DNA of 64,000 bases from a virus (taxonomy: Duplodnaviria > Heunggongvirae > Uroviricota > Caudoviricetes). The notes below the pieces were generated by a model. That model saw nothing but the letters and a program-made list of their open reading frames with translations. It did no database searches and was not told the origin of the DNA. Positions 38,582-48,954 of the stretch are shown here, in pieces; within the stretch, counting starts at the first letter, position 1; each line of letters begins with the position of its first letter. Position numbers and translations under genes: made by a program. Where the stretch lies: IMG/VR virus record IMGVR_UViG_3300028583_002208; one strand, written 5' to 3'.

Positions 38582-39795
38582 TTTTTATTCCTGTTGAAAA
38601 CTTCCACTTGCTTATCGGTGTAATATTTACACTTAGTGGCATCATATTCAAAATCATTACCTGCCTTACCTTGACCTTTTGTTAATTCGAACATACGCTT
38701 CTGTGCTTTGAACACATTAGTAAAATTGAAATCATTTTCAAACATAATCTCAGCTAAATCCTCTAACATGATAAAACCCTTTTCAGAATGTTTATCCAGT
38801 AACCACTTAGGTAATTCTATCTTATAATAGTCACTCTTACCACCATCGGATTTAATTGGTGCTGTGGAAGGTTTTTGCTCGACCTTATTCTTTACCCTTT
38901 CCGAACTATCAAGTTGTTTCAGGTAAGAGTTGATCCTCCTAGCCTCATCTTCAACTTTGTTTGTCGTGCATTTATACGACCCTTCTCCTAATAAGTGGTC
39001 AGGAACACCAAATGTTGCAAGTATTTTATCTTCACTACTTAACTCTTTTAACAAGGCAGCTTTCTTCTCCTCAAGGGTTCCTTTTAAGGTTATACGTTTT
39101 GTATCATCTAAAGAATTAACCATATTACTAAAATCTCTGTACGGTTGGTCAGAAACACTCGGGGAATCAAGTACACTCTCTCCCGTCAAAGTAAATTCAC
39201 CTAAATCTACCACCTTCTTTACTCCTGCCACTCCATACTCGGCAGGAGTAATCACTTGTTCCCAAAGGCCAACTTTTTGATAATTAGCTTCCACCCAAGA
39301 TTTCTCACCTCGGAAAAAGATCAATTCATTTTTACTATTATAATCTTCCCAATAGTAATATTTTCCACAATCAGATTCCGACATGAATAAAATACCATTT
39401 CCACTGTAGAATTGTTCACATTGAGAAGGAGCGCCTTTTGAACAACGATAATACTTTTCAATAGAAATGTTTTTAACAGGGTTGTATGGGATGCTGAAAT
39501 TTTCTTTCTCAGCTACTTTAAAACTTGCCAAAATACCTTCTCTACTCTTATTCAAGTGTTCCACCAACTTCTCCCATGTAAAGACCCCTATATTAATCCA
39601 ATCATTGTCGGTAATGTAATATCCTGTTTCCAATTCTACAAATTCTCGGAAATCAATGGCATGTGTACCAAGGTTAATTTCTGTGTGAGTGTAACAATTA
39701 TCGAAAACGTAAGTGAAATCCACGCCGCAATAGTCACTAAACCTTTTCATAATTTCATCTACTTTATCACCGTTAATTTTTGTATAAACCATCAA
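38578..39795 (-). CDS. Hypothetical protein translationally coupled to the nucleotidyltransferase
   Basis: 405 aa. Its start overlaps the nucleotidyltransferase stop by 4 nt. No motif recognised. Confidence 0.45.
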   Translation of the reverse strand: MMVYTKINGDKVDEIMKRFSDYCGVDFTYVFDNCYTHTEINLGTHAIDFREFVELETGYYITDNDWINIGVFTWEKLVEHLNKSREGILASFKVAEKENFSIPYNPVKNISIEKYYRCSKGAPSQCEQFYSGNGILFMSESDCGKYYYWEDYNSKNELIFFRGEKSWVEANYQKVGLWEQVITPAEYGVAGVKKVVDLGEFTLTGESVLDSPSVSDQPYRDFSNMVNSLDDTKRITLKGTLEEKKAALLKELSSEDKILATFGVPDHLLGEGSYKCTTNKVEDEARRINSYLKQLDSSERVKNKVEQKPSTAPIKSDGGKSDYYKIELPKWLLDKHSEKGFIMLEDLAEIMFENDFNFTNVFKAQKRMFELTKGQGKAGNDFEYDATKCKYYTDKQVEVFNRNKK

Positions 39796-40997
39796 ATATC
39801 CTCCAAATCAATCTCACCAACAACTGTTAATTTTGTACAAGTGGAATACTTACCACCACCATCAGATTCAAGTTTAGCGCGAGTTTTCCCTGATGTCAAC
39901 TTAATAATTGCGGAATTGTCATTGCTTCCTAATCCATAATGATTCTTTGCCTTCTCAGCACTCTTATAAAGGAATACACCTCGACCAGAATTGTCAGGAC
40001 TTTCTCCTACAATATATTTAAAATCTCTGGCATAAATACTTGTGTAAACACCATATTCCGAAGTTTTTAACACTTTCTTATAATAGAAATACTCTTTATT
40101 AGGATCATTTGGTTCATGTTGTTCTTCGATAAACTCTAATAAATCTTCTAAATCAGTAGCTGGAATTTTAGCAGTTGTACCTTCTAAATTACATTCCAAC
40201 TCTTCTAATTGTTCAAACACTTCCTCTATTGTAAAATCTTTATCTTCATCGAAGAGGTCATCCATGTTATAACCGTACATACCTCCGATAGCATTTTTAA
40301 CATCGTCCCAAGAAGAAAGATTCAAACTTGCAACAGATAAACATAGTTTAATAAATTCCTTTCGATTAATTGAATAACCTCGTTGCTGGTATTTAGCTAA
40401 GCGAAGTTGACTAATAATTGGGAAAGATGTCCCCTCGTTAACACGTAGCTTTCGTGAAGCATTATCTGTTAGGAAATCATCATCTAGGACGAAACACCCC
40501 TGTGCAAAATCGTACACACCCATGTTAATAGTGAAATCAAAACTTTTAAAAATATCTTCCACTGTTGGATAGAATCCACAATGAATAGCTTGCACCTGCA
40601 TACCACTTCCGTCAAGGAACATAACACTTTTATCAGTGTGACCCACATAACGTAAGGCAAAGGTATCTAATTCTACAGGAGAGGGTGTTACATCTTGGTC
40701 AAAGTTAATAGCACTTGGAGTACAAGGTACACAAGGTTTTTCACCAAAAGTTACTTTTATAAATTTAATCAAACTTTCCTTATCACGGAAATAAATATCC
40801 AAATCGTTCACTTCTTTATTAGTGAATACACTTGTCACAGCTCCACCTGCTACAAAGCATCCTAACTCTTTGAACAATTCTTCCAACCCTTCTGTCTCAC
40901 TAACTAAACTTAAAAGTTGTTTCTTTTGTCGTGAATGCTTGCCCTTGTTTGATCGGGTGATCACTTCTTGGATTTCATTTAACACTTGTTCCCTCAT
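39792..40997 (-). CDS. Pol-beta-superfamily nucleotidyltransferase with CCA-adding-enzyme/poly(A)-polymerase head-domain motifs
   Basis: 'GCFVAGGAVTSVFTNKEVNDLDIYF' matches GGAVRD...DxD of class II CCA-adding enzymes, and 'FDFTINMGVYDF' matches their RDFTINA motif. No HD domain. Confidence 0.55.
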   Translation of the reverse strand: MREQVLNEIQEVITRSNKGKHSRQKKQLLSLVSETEGLEELFKELGCFVAGGAVTSVFTNKEVNDLDIYFRDKESLIKFIKVTFGEKPCVPCTPSAINFDQDVTPSPVELDTFALRYVGHTDKSVMFLDGSGMQVQAIHCGFYPTVEDIFKSFDFTINMGVYDFAQGCFVLDDDFLTDNASRKLRVNEGTSFPIISQLRLAKYQQRGYSINRKEFIKLCLSVASLNLSSWDDVKNAIGGMYGYNMDDLFDEDKDFTIEEVFEQLEELECNLEGTTAKIPATDLEDLLEFIEEQHEPNDPNKEYFYYKKVLKTSEYGVYTSIYARDFKYIVGESPDNSGRGVFLYKSAEKAKNHYGLGSNDNSAIIKLTSGKTRAKLESDGGGKYSTCTKLTVVGEIDLEDI

Positions 40998-41093
40998 AAA
41001 ATCTCCTCTTTTAATATTTATTTCGGTAAAGTTTAATTGACTTATGAAAGGTATTCTACGTTAAATTTTACATAAGTCAATTAGTTTTTACTT

Positions 41094-42200
41094 TTATTCT
41101 AAAGGTGCTCCACTGTCATCACATTTACGGAAGTATAAACCTCTTGCAAATGTAGGGATACCATCTTCGGTTAAATCTTGATATTTGAAATTAACCCATT
41201 CACCTAAACGTTTACTAAGTTTCTCATAAGTGTTTTCCTCATGGCTGCCGTTCATTGCTAATTCAAAAACAACTTTACTGTTTGTCTCAGGATTTGTCCA
41301 CTCTACTGTAAATAAACCTTGTCCATTCTTATCCTCTTTACAAGATAACACCTTACATTCAGAATCTTCCATCAACTTATATTTAAGTAGGTCATTTGAA
41401 CGTTTATTCTGGAACTCATAAAACCCTTGCGGGTTTCTTAGCATGATCCCCTCAAATCCTTCTAACAGATACTGGTAAAGCTTCTCCTCAAGTCCTGACT
41501 TTGTTATAAGCTCTTGCTCTACAATGTTTACATGTAAAAGTTCTGCCGCTGTTTCTTTGAAGCTTTCCATAGTACAATTGCGATTTACAAAAGGTTCATA
41601 CAACACGGGGACATCAAATACCTCGTATGTAACTTTCTTTGTTAAATCATTAGGTTTCTTAACACAGGATTGTATCTTTTGGAGCTTGTACCCAGATACG
41701 TAAGCTTCACCATCTAAAGATTCAACACCTGTAACCTCGTGTAGACGCTTTAATTGAGGAATTAAGTGTTCTGGTACAGGGTAGGTTTTACCACCACGAG
41801 AATGCCACTCAGGTTCTCCATTTACGAATACAGTTTTACACCTCAGTCCATCAATTTTTCTAGAAGCATAGAAGGTGTCTTCTAAAAAGTGAGGTTTCTT
41901 AGTGTAATCCTGTGCAAGCATAACACCTTCTGTTAAAAGTAATCTGGACTCTTCAATAGATTCACGGTAATATTTATCGTATTGTTTATTCCACTTAGAT
42001 TGTGCTTCCAGTTCCGCTTGTTGAGAAGGTGTTGTCTCATTAGAACGTCCTACATTTTTAGGTTTGCAAACTGTTTTCTTAATTTGCTTCTTACCTGCAA
42101 GCTTGCCCCATTCCACAATAACAGTGGCATCTTCTGTCCAAACAGACCATGATTTTACTTCTAAAGTTTTGTCAACTCCGTACAATGTTTTCTTATCCAT
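41094..42200 (-). CDS. ATP-dependent DNA ligase (T7-like)
   Basis: Motif I 'ASRKIDGLRCKTVFVNGEPEWHSRGGKTYPVPEHL' parallels T7 ligase 'KYDGVR...SRVSKTIPALEHL'. 'EGIMLR' is motif IV-like. Confidence 0.8.
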   Translation of the reverse strand: MDKKTLYGVDKTLEVKSWSVWTEDATVIVEWGKLAGKKQIKKTVCKPKNVGRSNETTPSQQAELEAQSKWNKQYDKYYRESIEESRLLLTEGVMLAQDYTKKPHFLEDTFYASRKIDGLRCKTVFVNGEPEWHSRGGKTYPVPEHLIPQLKRLHEVTGVESLDGEAYVSGYKLQKIQSCVKKPNDLTKKVTYEVFDVPVLYEPFVNRNCTMESFKETAAELLHVNIVEQELITKSGLEEKLYQYLLEGFEGIMLRNPQGFYEFQNKRSNDLLKYKLMEDSECKVLSCKEDKNGQGLFTVEWTNPETNSKVVFELAMNGSHEENTYEKLSKRLGEWVNFKYQDLTEDGIPTFARGLYFRKCDDSGAPLE

Positions 42201-42823
42201 TATTCACTTTCCTCCATAATAACATTCCTAACAACTTCCACTATTCGGCAAAGATAATTATATTTATGATTTGGTTCATATTCAAAAGGTACGTTGTCCC
42301 AAAGCCATTGCCCAAACTCTTCCTCATAGTATTCATCCTCCACACCATAACCACCAAATAAAGGCTTCCACACAGAAGATTCTACTGTCCAATGGTCAAC
42401 ATTCCAATTAAAACATTCATGATCATGTTCAGGTGAAATAACCTCCATATCAATATTATCAATTTCGTCCCAAGCTTTACGAGCGTCCTCTTTTAAAATG
42501 TAATATGCTCTTCGTTGATATAGAATATACTCTCGCATCTTCTTTCTAAAGGTATCCTGCATTACGGAAGTATCTTTCACATCAGAATCAGCACGAATAC
42601 CTCTTTCAAAACAATTTACCAGATACCCTACGTTTGTACGAGTGAAAAACTCCTTAACATTGCCACCCATACTTCCCCAATAAGAAGTCCAGCTTTCACC
42701 ATAACATTTAATTGTTACATCTGCAGAACCTTCTCCGTATTCGGAGATAAGTATTTCAATCGGGTCAAGTGAATCTAATTCTGAAACTTTGATACTTTTA
42801 ACTAATTTATGTTCAATTTTCAC
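42200..42823 (-). CDS. hypothetical protein
   Basis: 207-aa ORF; start overlaps the ligase stop. Confidence 0.4.
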   Translation of the reverse strand: MKIEHKLVKSIKVSELDSLDPIEILISEYGEGSADVTIKCYGESWTSYWGSMGGNVKEFFTRTNVGYLVNCFERGIRADSDVKDTSVMQDTFRKKMREYILYQRRAYYILKEDARKAWDEIDNIDMEVISPEHDHECFNWNVDHWTVESSVWKPLFGGYGVEDEYYEEEFGQWLWDNVPFEYEPNHKYNYLCRIVEVVRNVIMEESE

Positions 42824-43359
42824 AAATCACCCTTCCAATCAAATTTATTAAACACATAATCACCATCACTATCCAAATACGCATCCTCTGGTAGCACAAA
42901 TTCAGATAAATCTCCTTCATCCTCAAACATTTGTTTAAAGTATTCCTCTGGCTGATATGTGATCCCTTCATTTGTAATATGTTCCAATCTTCTCTCCTCA
43001 AGTATTCTTTTAATATTTATTTCTTGTCAGCAATCATAGCAAATTCTGTACGAGTGATCAATGCCTTTTTATAGTTCCCATTCACCACTTCATTCACATA
43101 CATCTGTAAAGCTGAAAATTTATAAATGTCACTCTCTTTCCAATTACGTTTATATTTCATCGTATGATTAAACCTGTACACCAACCAATCAGCATTCACC
43201 ATCAAATCATACACCACTTCCCTCTCAGGATAACTCCCACCGTTGTCATCTTCTCTCACTCTTTTCTGGAAGTAGGAGATCACTTTTGCGACAGGAGAAT
43301 CACCATCAGGGAAAGAGACATCATTGAAATATGATTTCCACCCATTTTCCCTGAAATCC

Positions 43360-43818
43360 TCATACTTCCTCAATATCATATTCATTATCCTCGACAGGAA
43401 TATAATCCCAATCTGAAATATTCACTTTTACCACTTTGTCCTGCAGGTGTGGAGGTATCATTGAAATAGCTTTGATTGCGAACATGTCAGGTTCATCTTG
43501 CACACTTGGGATTTTTCCATCTTTAACTTTGTAAAAAGGGACTTCTGATAGGAAATTTACTTCCACTGGACAAGGATTACCCTGTTTATCAAATCCGCCT
43601 GTAAACACCTCTACAAGGAACTCCTCTCCATTAGCTTGGTATTCACCTTCCCACCATGTAATAACGTCCTCTGTGTGCTCTACAGGAAGGATTAATTGCA
43701 CAATAGCTTCACTGTATTGTAAAATGTTCATCTTCTTACGTTGACGGGTGTTATGCTTCGTAAAATTGTTTGGATACTCTGGTAGCACTATTTCAATTTC
43801 TGGTAATTGTTCAATCAT
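43360..43818 (-). CDS. hypothetical protein
   Basis: 152-aa ORF. Confidence 0.35.
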   Translation of the reverse strand: MIEQLPEIEIVLPEYPNNFTKHNTRQRKKMNILQYSEAIVQLILPVEHTEDVITWWEGEYQANGEEFLVEVFTGGFDKQGNPCPVEVNFLSEVPFYKVKDGKIPSVQDEPDMFAIKAISMIPPHLQDKVVKVNISDWDYIPVEDNEYDIEEV

Positions 43819-44311
43819 AAATTTTCTCCAATTCTAAATATTCACCTAGGGTTATGTTAATGTAATTATTACAAGAGTTCTCAAGTATTACAATCGGATG
43901 TTCTGGATGGTACCCTATAAACAGGTAGGACTCACCTCCTTTCATAACTAGTCGGGGTTTGTCGTCGAAAAAATCTTCTGCTTGTTTTCTAGTGATATAG
44001 ATAGCACCCTCTTCTGCACAAATTACCATCATCTTCCCAAAACGATCTGAGTCCATAGAAAACACTTCTGTACTGTAGTCATACTTTCCTTGTACCATTG
44101 CCTCAAATTCAACCTTCATAAGATATTCTCCTGTTTAATTAATGTGTAGTCTACCACTGTGATAAATTTACTATCTATTTCATAAGTGGATGCAATATCA
44201 TAAGCTTGTTCCTTCACCTTATCCAAAGTAACAGGATACTCACTTACAAAATTAACATTTATAGAAAGTTCACTTCCATCATCAGATGACAAAGTAATCT
44301 TAGTGTAATAC

Positions 44312-44797
44312 TTAGTTTTCATTTAAACTCTCCTCGTATTGTAATTGTTTACAAAAATCTTCCATAAATATAGCTTCATCATAAAGGGTATCCCTGTTGT
44401 CGCTAACCATGTTTACGTAATCGTCAAAACTGATTGTTTTTAAAGTATCTCCTTCTTGGATAACAATGTCAACACTTTTATAACCATCTTGATGAAAATT
44501 ATTCTGCATTATCTCCAAACTTGTCAGAAACTCTAGTGAATAATGGTACTCTGTCCAAACTTGAATTGTTTCATCAAAGTGGGAGCACTCTTTAACAAGC
44601 CTGTTTATGGAAAGGTAATCTAAATTATCCTCTAATTCTTGTATCTCCTTGTACAAAGTGACCCAACCCTTGGATAAAAGTATATGATTCTTACCTAAAC
44701 GTTTACTTTTGGAAACTGCTACCACCCCTGAGGCAGCATGACCAATTAATTTTGTTAAAAGGTATAAACTTATTGCAAAAATACTAAAATAAATCAT
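44312..44797 (-). CDS. N-terminally membrane-anchored hypothetical protein
   Basis: 161 aa with TM helix 'IYFSIFAISLYLLTKLIG'. Confidence 0.4.
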   Translation of the reverse strand: MIYFSIFAISLYLLTKLIGHAASGVVAVSKSKRLGKNHILLSKGWVTLYKEIQELEDNLDYLSINRLVKECSHFDETIQVWTEYHYSLEFLTSLEIMQNNFHQDGYKSVDIVIQEGDTLKTISFDDYVNMVSDNRDTLYDEAIFMEDFCKQLQYEESLNEN

Positions 44798-45188
44798 TTA
44801 TTAAATCCTCCTCTAAAAAGTTTAATTCTTCATCTGATATTGAATTTTCTTGCTCCAATCTCATTTCTAAAGTTGATTCTAATGTAGCAAGTTCCTCTTG
44901 TAAAGAATTAATTGACATTCGGATAAACATTTCCTTGTGTGCAGATATGCTTGTGTGAATTTCTCCATCAGATAATCGAAGTGGATTCTCATTTGGATAA
45001 TCTTTCATTGCTTTGAATTGAACTAACATTGCTTTAATGGCAGCTATCTCTTTTAGTAAAGGGATATAATCTTCCACACAAGAGTCAGGATTATCCGCAA
45101 GGAAACATTTGATCTCAATTTGTTCTTCTGGTTGAAGTGATTCATCTGAGAACCAATAGGCTTTGTCCAAAGTGTGTACTTTTGGCAT
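44784..45188 (-). CDS. hypothetical protein
   Basis: 134-aa ORF, the first gene after the terminator/promoter cassette. Confidence 0.4.
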   Translation of the reverse strand: MPKVHTLDKAYWFSDESLQPEEQIEIKCFLADNPDSCVEDYIPLLKEIAAIKAMLVQFKAMKDYPNENPLRLSDGEIHTSISAHKEMFIRMSINSLQEELATLESTLEMRLEQENSISDEELNFLEEDLINDLF

Positions 45189-45230
45189 AATTTTTATCCT
45201 TTTTAACAGAGTGAATTAAATTTTAGGCAA

Positions 45231-45267
45231 TAAAAAAGCTCTTACCCGTTTGATTAGGTAAGAGCTT
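45231..45267 (-). terminator. Rho-independent terminator, copy 2 of the repeated cassette
   Basis: aagctcttacc...ggtaagagctt (11-bp stem), followed on the minus strand by UUUUUU. Confidence 0.6.
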
Positions 45268-45291
45268 ATGTTATGTTGGGGTTGTTGTCAA
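45263..45291 (-). promoter_or_regulatory. sigma70-like promoter (minus) overlapping the terminator, copy 2 of the cassette
   Basis: Minus: TTGACA (plus 45286-45291), 17-nt spacer, TAAGCT (plus 45263-45268). The conserved block 'gggttgttgtcaagaggg' is shared with 34871-34886. Confidence 0.4.
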
Positions 45292-45519
45292 GAGGGTTTT
45301 ATGTTTTATATGGGGATTGTGTGTTAGGATTTTACTTTGCTGTGGATATTGGCAGCAAGATTAAAAAATAGCCAACGTAAAAACAAAACTAGCAAATACA
45401 TTTACACCAGCATCAACGGCATTTGGTTTAATTGGTCATCTTGTATGACAGCATCTGCTAGCTTCGGTGTTAATTTTTACAATGTTAAGAAAGGATAAGT
45501 AGACTCATTGATGGTTTTT

Positions 45520-47442
45520 CTAGTTTTGGTTGTTAGATCTACTAAGCTCGCACCACAACCCAAGCCTGTTATACATCAATTCTATTTTATCAAGCTCATG
45601 AGTCATTGAAAAATCCCCCTTGTCAACATCTAACCTTATATTGTCAGATGAGTTTATGGTAACTGTACGGGATGAGTTTTTGGCGTTTAAAATAAGCCTC
45701 ATACCCTCAAAACCCCCATTTATTGTGGTTAGAGTATCGGTTGCTGCGCCACCTTCCGTGTCAACGTTATGATATGATTTTGTGGCGTTTATAGACCCGC
45801 TAGATATTGTCTTATCCTCAGCCATTCCAAATGAAAAATAATTAGATTCGACCCCGCTTTTTGAGCTATCCCCATTGTTTGTAATTATAGCAGCACCGTT
45901 ACCTATCATGTTAAATCTAGGGCTGTATAATTCTTCTCCATACCCAGTTACACTTGGGCTTTCATAATTAACCTTACCTGTACCTATCGCTCTAGCTATA
46001 TACTGCCCAGTCGCATTTGTTACAGTTGCAAGTTCAGCATTTACTTCACCTCCACCAAGCGCGTACATGGCTATACCTGCCACTCCATCTATAGATACCT
46101 CGTCTGCGTTTATGATACCTCCAAATGATGTTGTTAGGGCTGATTGCATAGAGTTAGAGATAGATGCAAATTTAACAAATATAGCTCCACCACTTTCGCA
46201 GGTTACGCTTGACTGTGCCGTATCATTAATAGTTGCGTTTGTAGCTTCTATGCTGCCTCCGTAATTAACAACAAGACCGTGCCCACTGGTCTTGTCTATT
46301 TCACCACTGGACACGTTTATATTGCCACCATAAAGTATGGCTACAGCATCCGTTCCTGTGTCGTAAACTTTAGCATTTACAGCGCTTATAGTGCCCCCAT
46401 GCTGACAATATAATCCTCTGTTAGATGAACCGACAATAACGCAGTTATCAACTATAGACATTCCAGATTTGTGAGCGTGTATGCCTACGCCTGTAGAGTT
46501 TACCGAATATATATCATCAGCCACTGTCACGCCTCCATCTTCCGCTTTAAACTGACTACCTAGAGTGCTGCACCCTGCGGCTGTTATCTTTCCAGAGTTA
46601 AATGGGTTTGATGTAATCTTAATGTCTTTTAGCTTAACATCTCCGATAAATCCGCCGTCAAACGATAGTGAGGATAACCAGTAAGAATTAATAAGGTTAG
46701 CCCTTCCCGTTACATCTTCAAGCTTTAATTCTTCATACGTTGGCTTTACCCCTGATACGTAGCCAGCAATTTCACCCCCACCTATTGTTTTATTATTTAA
46801 CCCATCAACACTGTTGACCAAGAAACTATTCCCGAAAGGTATTTCCAAAGGGAGGCCGAGAGATTTAGACTTATTATTTGCTTCATTTACTGCCGCACCA
46901 GAGTTAGCGCCATCAACTGCACCGAAGTTAATTACATTACACACATCACGTATCTCTAAATCATAGCTGTATGATGAATTTGCAGAACTCTGAATAACAT
47001 CAAGATCGTTAGGTGTTACCGATGACGTTTCAACAACACTAAAATAAGCTTGGCGGTCTTTTAGGTAAACCCTACAACCCAACAACTTATCAATTTTACT
47101 ATAAGATTTAGCATCCTCTACAGTATCGAATTCCAATCCATCAAATTTATCCTTTACGCTAAAACCTTCCTCCAAAACCACCTTCTCAGCACTCTTCTCT
47201 AATCCCTTAACAGCTTCCACCAATTGACTACTATTAGCATTATCCACATCCCCATCAGGAGTGACACCTGCTTCAAGTAGCAACCCTTGCAAAAACCCCT
47301 CTAGGTTATTATACCAATCTGCTTCAAATGGAGTCCCTGTACCCTCAACCCCGCCTACAACATTCCTGCCTTTTCCATAAGGATAATTTGGGTCAGTGGT
47401 ATCTGTACGTCCACTGTACGTATTTTTAATCTGTATTGCCAT
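45520..47442 (-). CDS. Tail fibre/tailspike protein with beta-helix (pectate-lyase-like) repeats
   Basis: A conserved phage fibre N-terminus 'YSGRTDTTDPNYPYGKGRNVVGGVEGTGTPFEADWYNNLEGF' is followed by about 450 aa of G/S/N/T-rich beta-helix-type repeats. Confidence 0.6.
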   Translation of the reverse strand: MAIQIKNTYSGRTDTTDPNYPYGKGRNVVGGVEGTGTPFEADWYNNLEGFLQGLLLEAGVTPDGDVDNANSSQLVEAVKGLEKSAEKVVLEEGFSVKDKFDGLEFDTVEDAKSYSKIDKLLGCRVYLKDRQAYFSVVETSSVTPNDLDVIQSSANSSYSYDLEIRDVCNVINFGAVDGANSGAAVNEANNKSKSLGLPLEIPFGNSFLVNSVDGLNNKTIGGGEIAGYVSGVKPTYEELKLEDVTGRANLINSYWLSSLSFDGGFIGDVKLKDIKITSNPFNSGKITAAGCSTLGSQFKAEDGGVTVADDIYSVNSTGVGIHAHKSGMSIVDNCVIVGSSNRGLYCQHGGTISAVNAKVYDTGTDAVAILYGGNINVSSGEIDKTSGHGLVVNYGGSIEATNATINDTAQSSVTCESGGAIFVKFASISNSMQSALTTSFGGIINADEVSIDGVAGIAMYALGGGEVNAELATVTNATGQYIARAIGTGKVNYESPSVTGYGEELYSPRFNMIGNGAAIITNNGDSSKSGVESNYFSFGMAEDKTISSGSINATKSYHNVDTEGGAATDTLTTINGGFEGMRLILNAKNSSRTVTINSSDNIRLDVDKGDFSMTHELDKIELMYNRLGLWCELSRSNNQN

Positions 47443-47471
47443 TATTTAATTTCCTATTTTATTTACGTAAA

Positions 47472-48224
47472 TTACGCTACACGTTCCCAAACATTCATCG
47501 CTTCATAAGGGGGTAACACTGTTGCATTAGAAACACCACCACTTAATCCATGAGAGTGACTTCCACCACCACCAAAGCTGCTATCTTCTGTAGTAGTGTC
47601 ATAATATAGCCAAACAGAATTATCACCATCTGTACCTTGAGCACCACGCCCCGAGTTATAATTAGAAGGAGTGGATTCTTTATAAACAGATTGACTCACT
47701 TCACTAGGAGTATCTACATGGTAACGATCCCTATATTCATGACTGTGAACATATGTAGGCACCTGCGCTTCTGTTAAAGTGTGGCTGTTTACAGAAAGGT
47801 TATCATTATGTGTATGGGTTTTTACACCGCCAGTCTTACCTGCTGGACTAAAATCAGTGTCTGTTGAAGAAGTAGAAACAATAAACTTCCCTTCCACTTT
47901 CTCCCATGTACCAAAACCAAACCTAACAGCAGGATCATCTTCCGATTTAGTCACCCACACATCACCCACACTGAATATCAATTGCAATAACGCTTGGTTA
48001 TCAGGTTCTTGTTGTGTTAAATTGGTGATCTGGTCTTGAAGGGATTTAATTGCCTCATACGTTTCATACTTTAAATAATTATTCCATTGACGAGGTTCCG
48101 CTTGGTAACGTTTTAATCCACTTGTTTTAACTTGAGCAGGAGGAGCTGATTTATTATTCTCTCCTGAAATGGGGTCAGTTTCATTAACGCTCGCCCATCT
48201 TAGCTTTTCGTAATCATACGCCAT
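47472..48224 (-). CDS. Tail fibre protein with phage tail-collar domain
   Basis: 'THTHNDNLSVNSHTL', 'HSHEY' and 'GGGGSHSHGLSGGVS' are His-rich collar repeats. The C-terminal 'LPPYEAMNVWERVA' is a tail-collar signature. Confidence 0.6.
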   Translation of the reverse strand: MAYDYEKLRWASVNETDPISGENNKSAPPAQVKTSGLKRYQAEPRQWNNYLKYETYEAIKSLQDQITNLTQQEPDNQALLQLIFSVGDVWVTKSEDDPAVRFGFGTWEKVEGKFIVSTSSTDTDFSPAGKTGGVKTHTHNDNLSVNSHTLTEAQVPTYVHSHEYRDRYHVDTPSEVSQSVYKESTPSNYNSGRGAQGTDGDNSVWLYYDTTTEDSSFGGGGSHSHGLSGGVSNATVLPPYEAMNVWERVA

Positions 48225-48226
48225 TA

Positions 48227-48463
48227 TTATTTTTCCTTATGTTCTTCTTTATTTCTGCTAAATTCATATGTAAATTTATAAGTAGCAGCTATTGACGCAA
48301 ATATTCCACTTATGGCAACACCTGCTCCTGCACTCAACGCATTTAATTCTTCCACCCCGAATGAAGTAATCCATGTTACGATGTAATAAAACATCCATGA
48401 AATGAATAGACATGCACTGATGCTAAAAATTCTATATTCTTTTATCTTTTCTGGGAAGCTCAT
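48227..48463 (-). CDS. Small membrane protein
   Basis: 78 aa with two TM helices. Confidence 0.4.
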   Translation of the reverse strand: MSFPEKIKEYRIFSISACLFISWMFYYIVTWITSFGVEELNALSAGAGVAISGIFASIAATYKFTYEFSRNKEEHKEK

Positions 48464-48954
48464 GACTTAGGTGCTCCCACCATTCTGAATGTTTGTGATG
48501 GACGTTGACCAAACCAGAATGTGATTGCCGTAATTGTAAGATATATTATACTAAAGATTATCTGACCGTACATATCAATTAATACATCCATAGGAAGCGT
48601 TTCTAAGCCACCAATAAGGGTATTAACCTCATAGGCTAAGTAGGTCATGAAAATAAGCAGGTACGTTGTTACAAGGACTCTCACGGCACTCATTAATCCT
48701 GCTGCCCATCCAGTTTTAGGAGTGTCTTGTGCTTTTACAAACGCTTCTCCATCTAAACGCTCTCCATCTGCTTTAGATTGAGATTCAATTTCTCTGCGTT
48801 TATTCTCACTATCCAACATGGACATTTTATACTGTTGGTTATTCTGTTCTTTAATTATTTCTATTTCTTGCTTCTTTTGTATCCAATTCCCAATCATACC
48901 AGATATACTACCTAGGACGGGACTAGCAAGAAGTGTTAAAATACTTTCAATCAT
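48460..48954 (-). CDS. Membrane protein (N- and C-terminal TM helices, central charged region)
   Basis: 164 aa. Hydrophobic N-terminus 'LTLLASPVLGSISGMIG' and C-terminal helices. Confidence 0.4.
   Translation of the reverse strand: MIESILTLLASPVLGSISGMIGNWIQKKQEIEIIKEQNNQQYKMSMLDSENKRREIESQSKADGERLDGEAFVKAQDTPKTGWAAGLMSAVRVLVTTYLLIFMTYLAYEVNTLIGGLETLPMDVLIDMYGQIIFSIIYLTITAITFWFGQRPSQTFRMVGAPKS

Noticed and set aside
41094-42200. RNA ligase, as would fit a tRNA-repair module with the CCA-adding-like enzyme
   Set aside because: Motif I KIDGLR and the following W.SRGGK.YP...HL block match T7-type ATP-dependent DNA ligases, not Rnl1/Rnl2.
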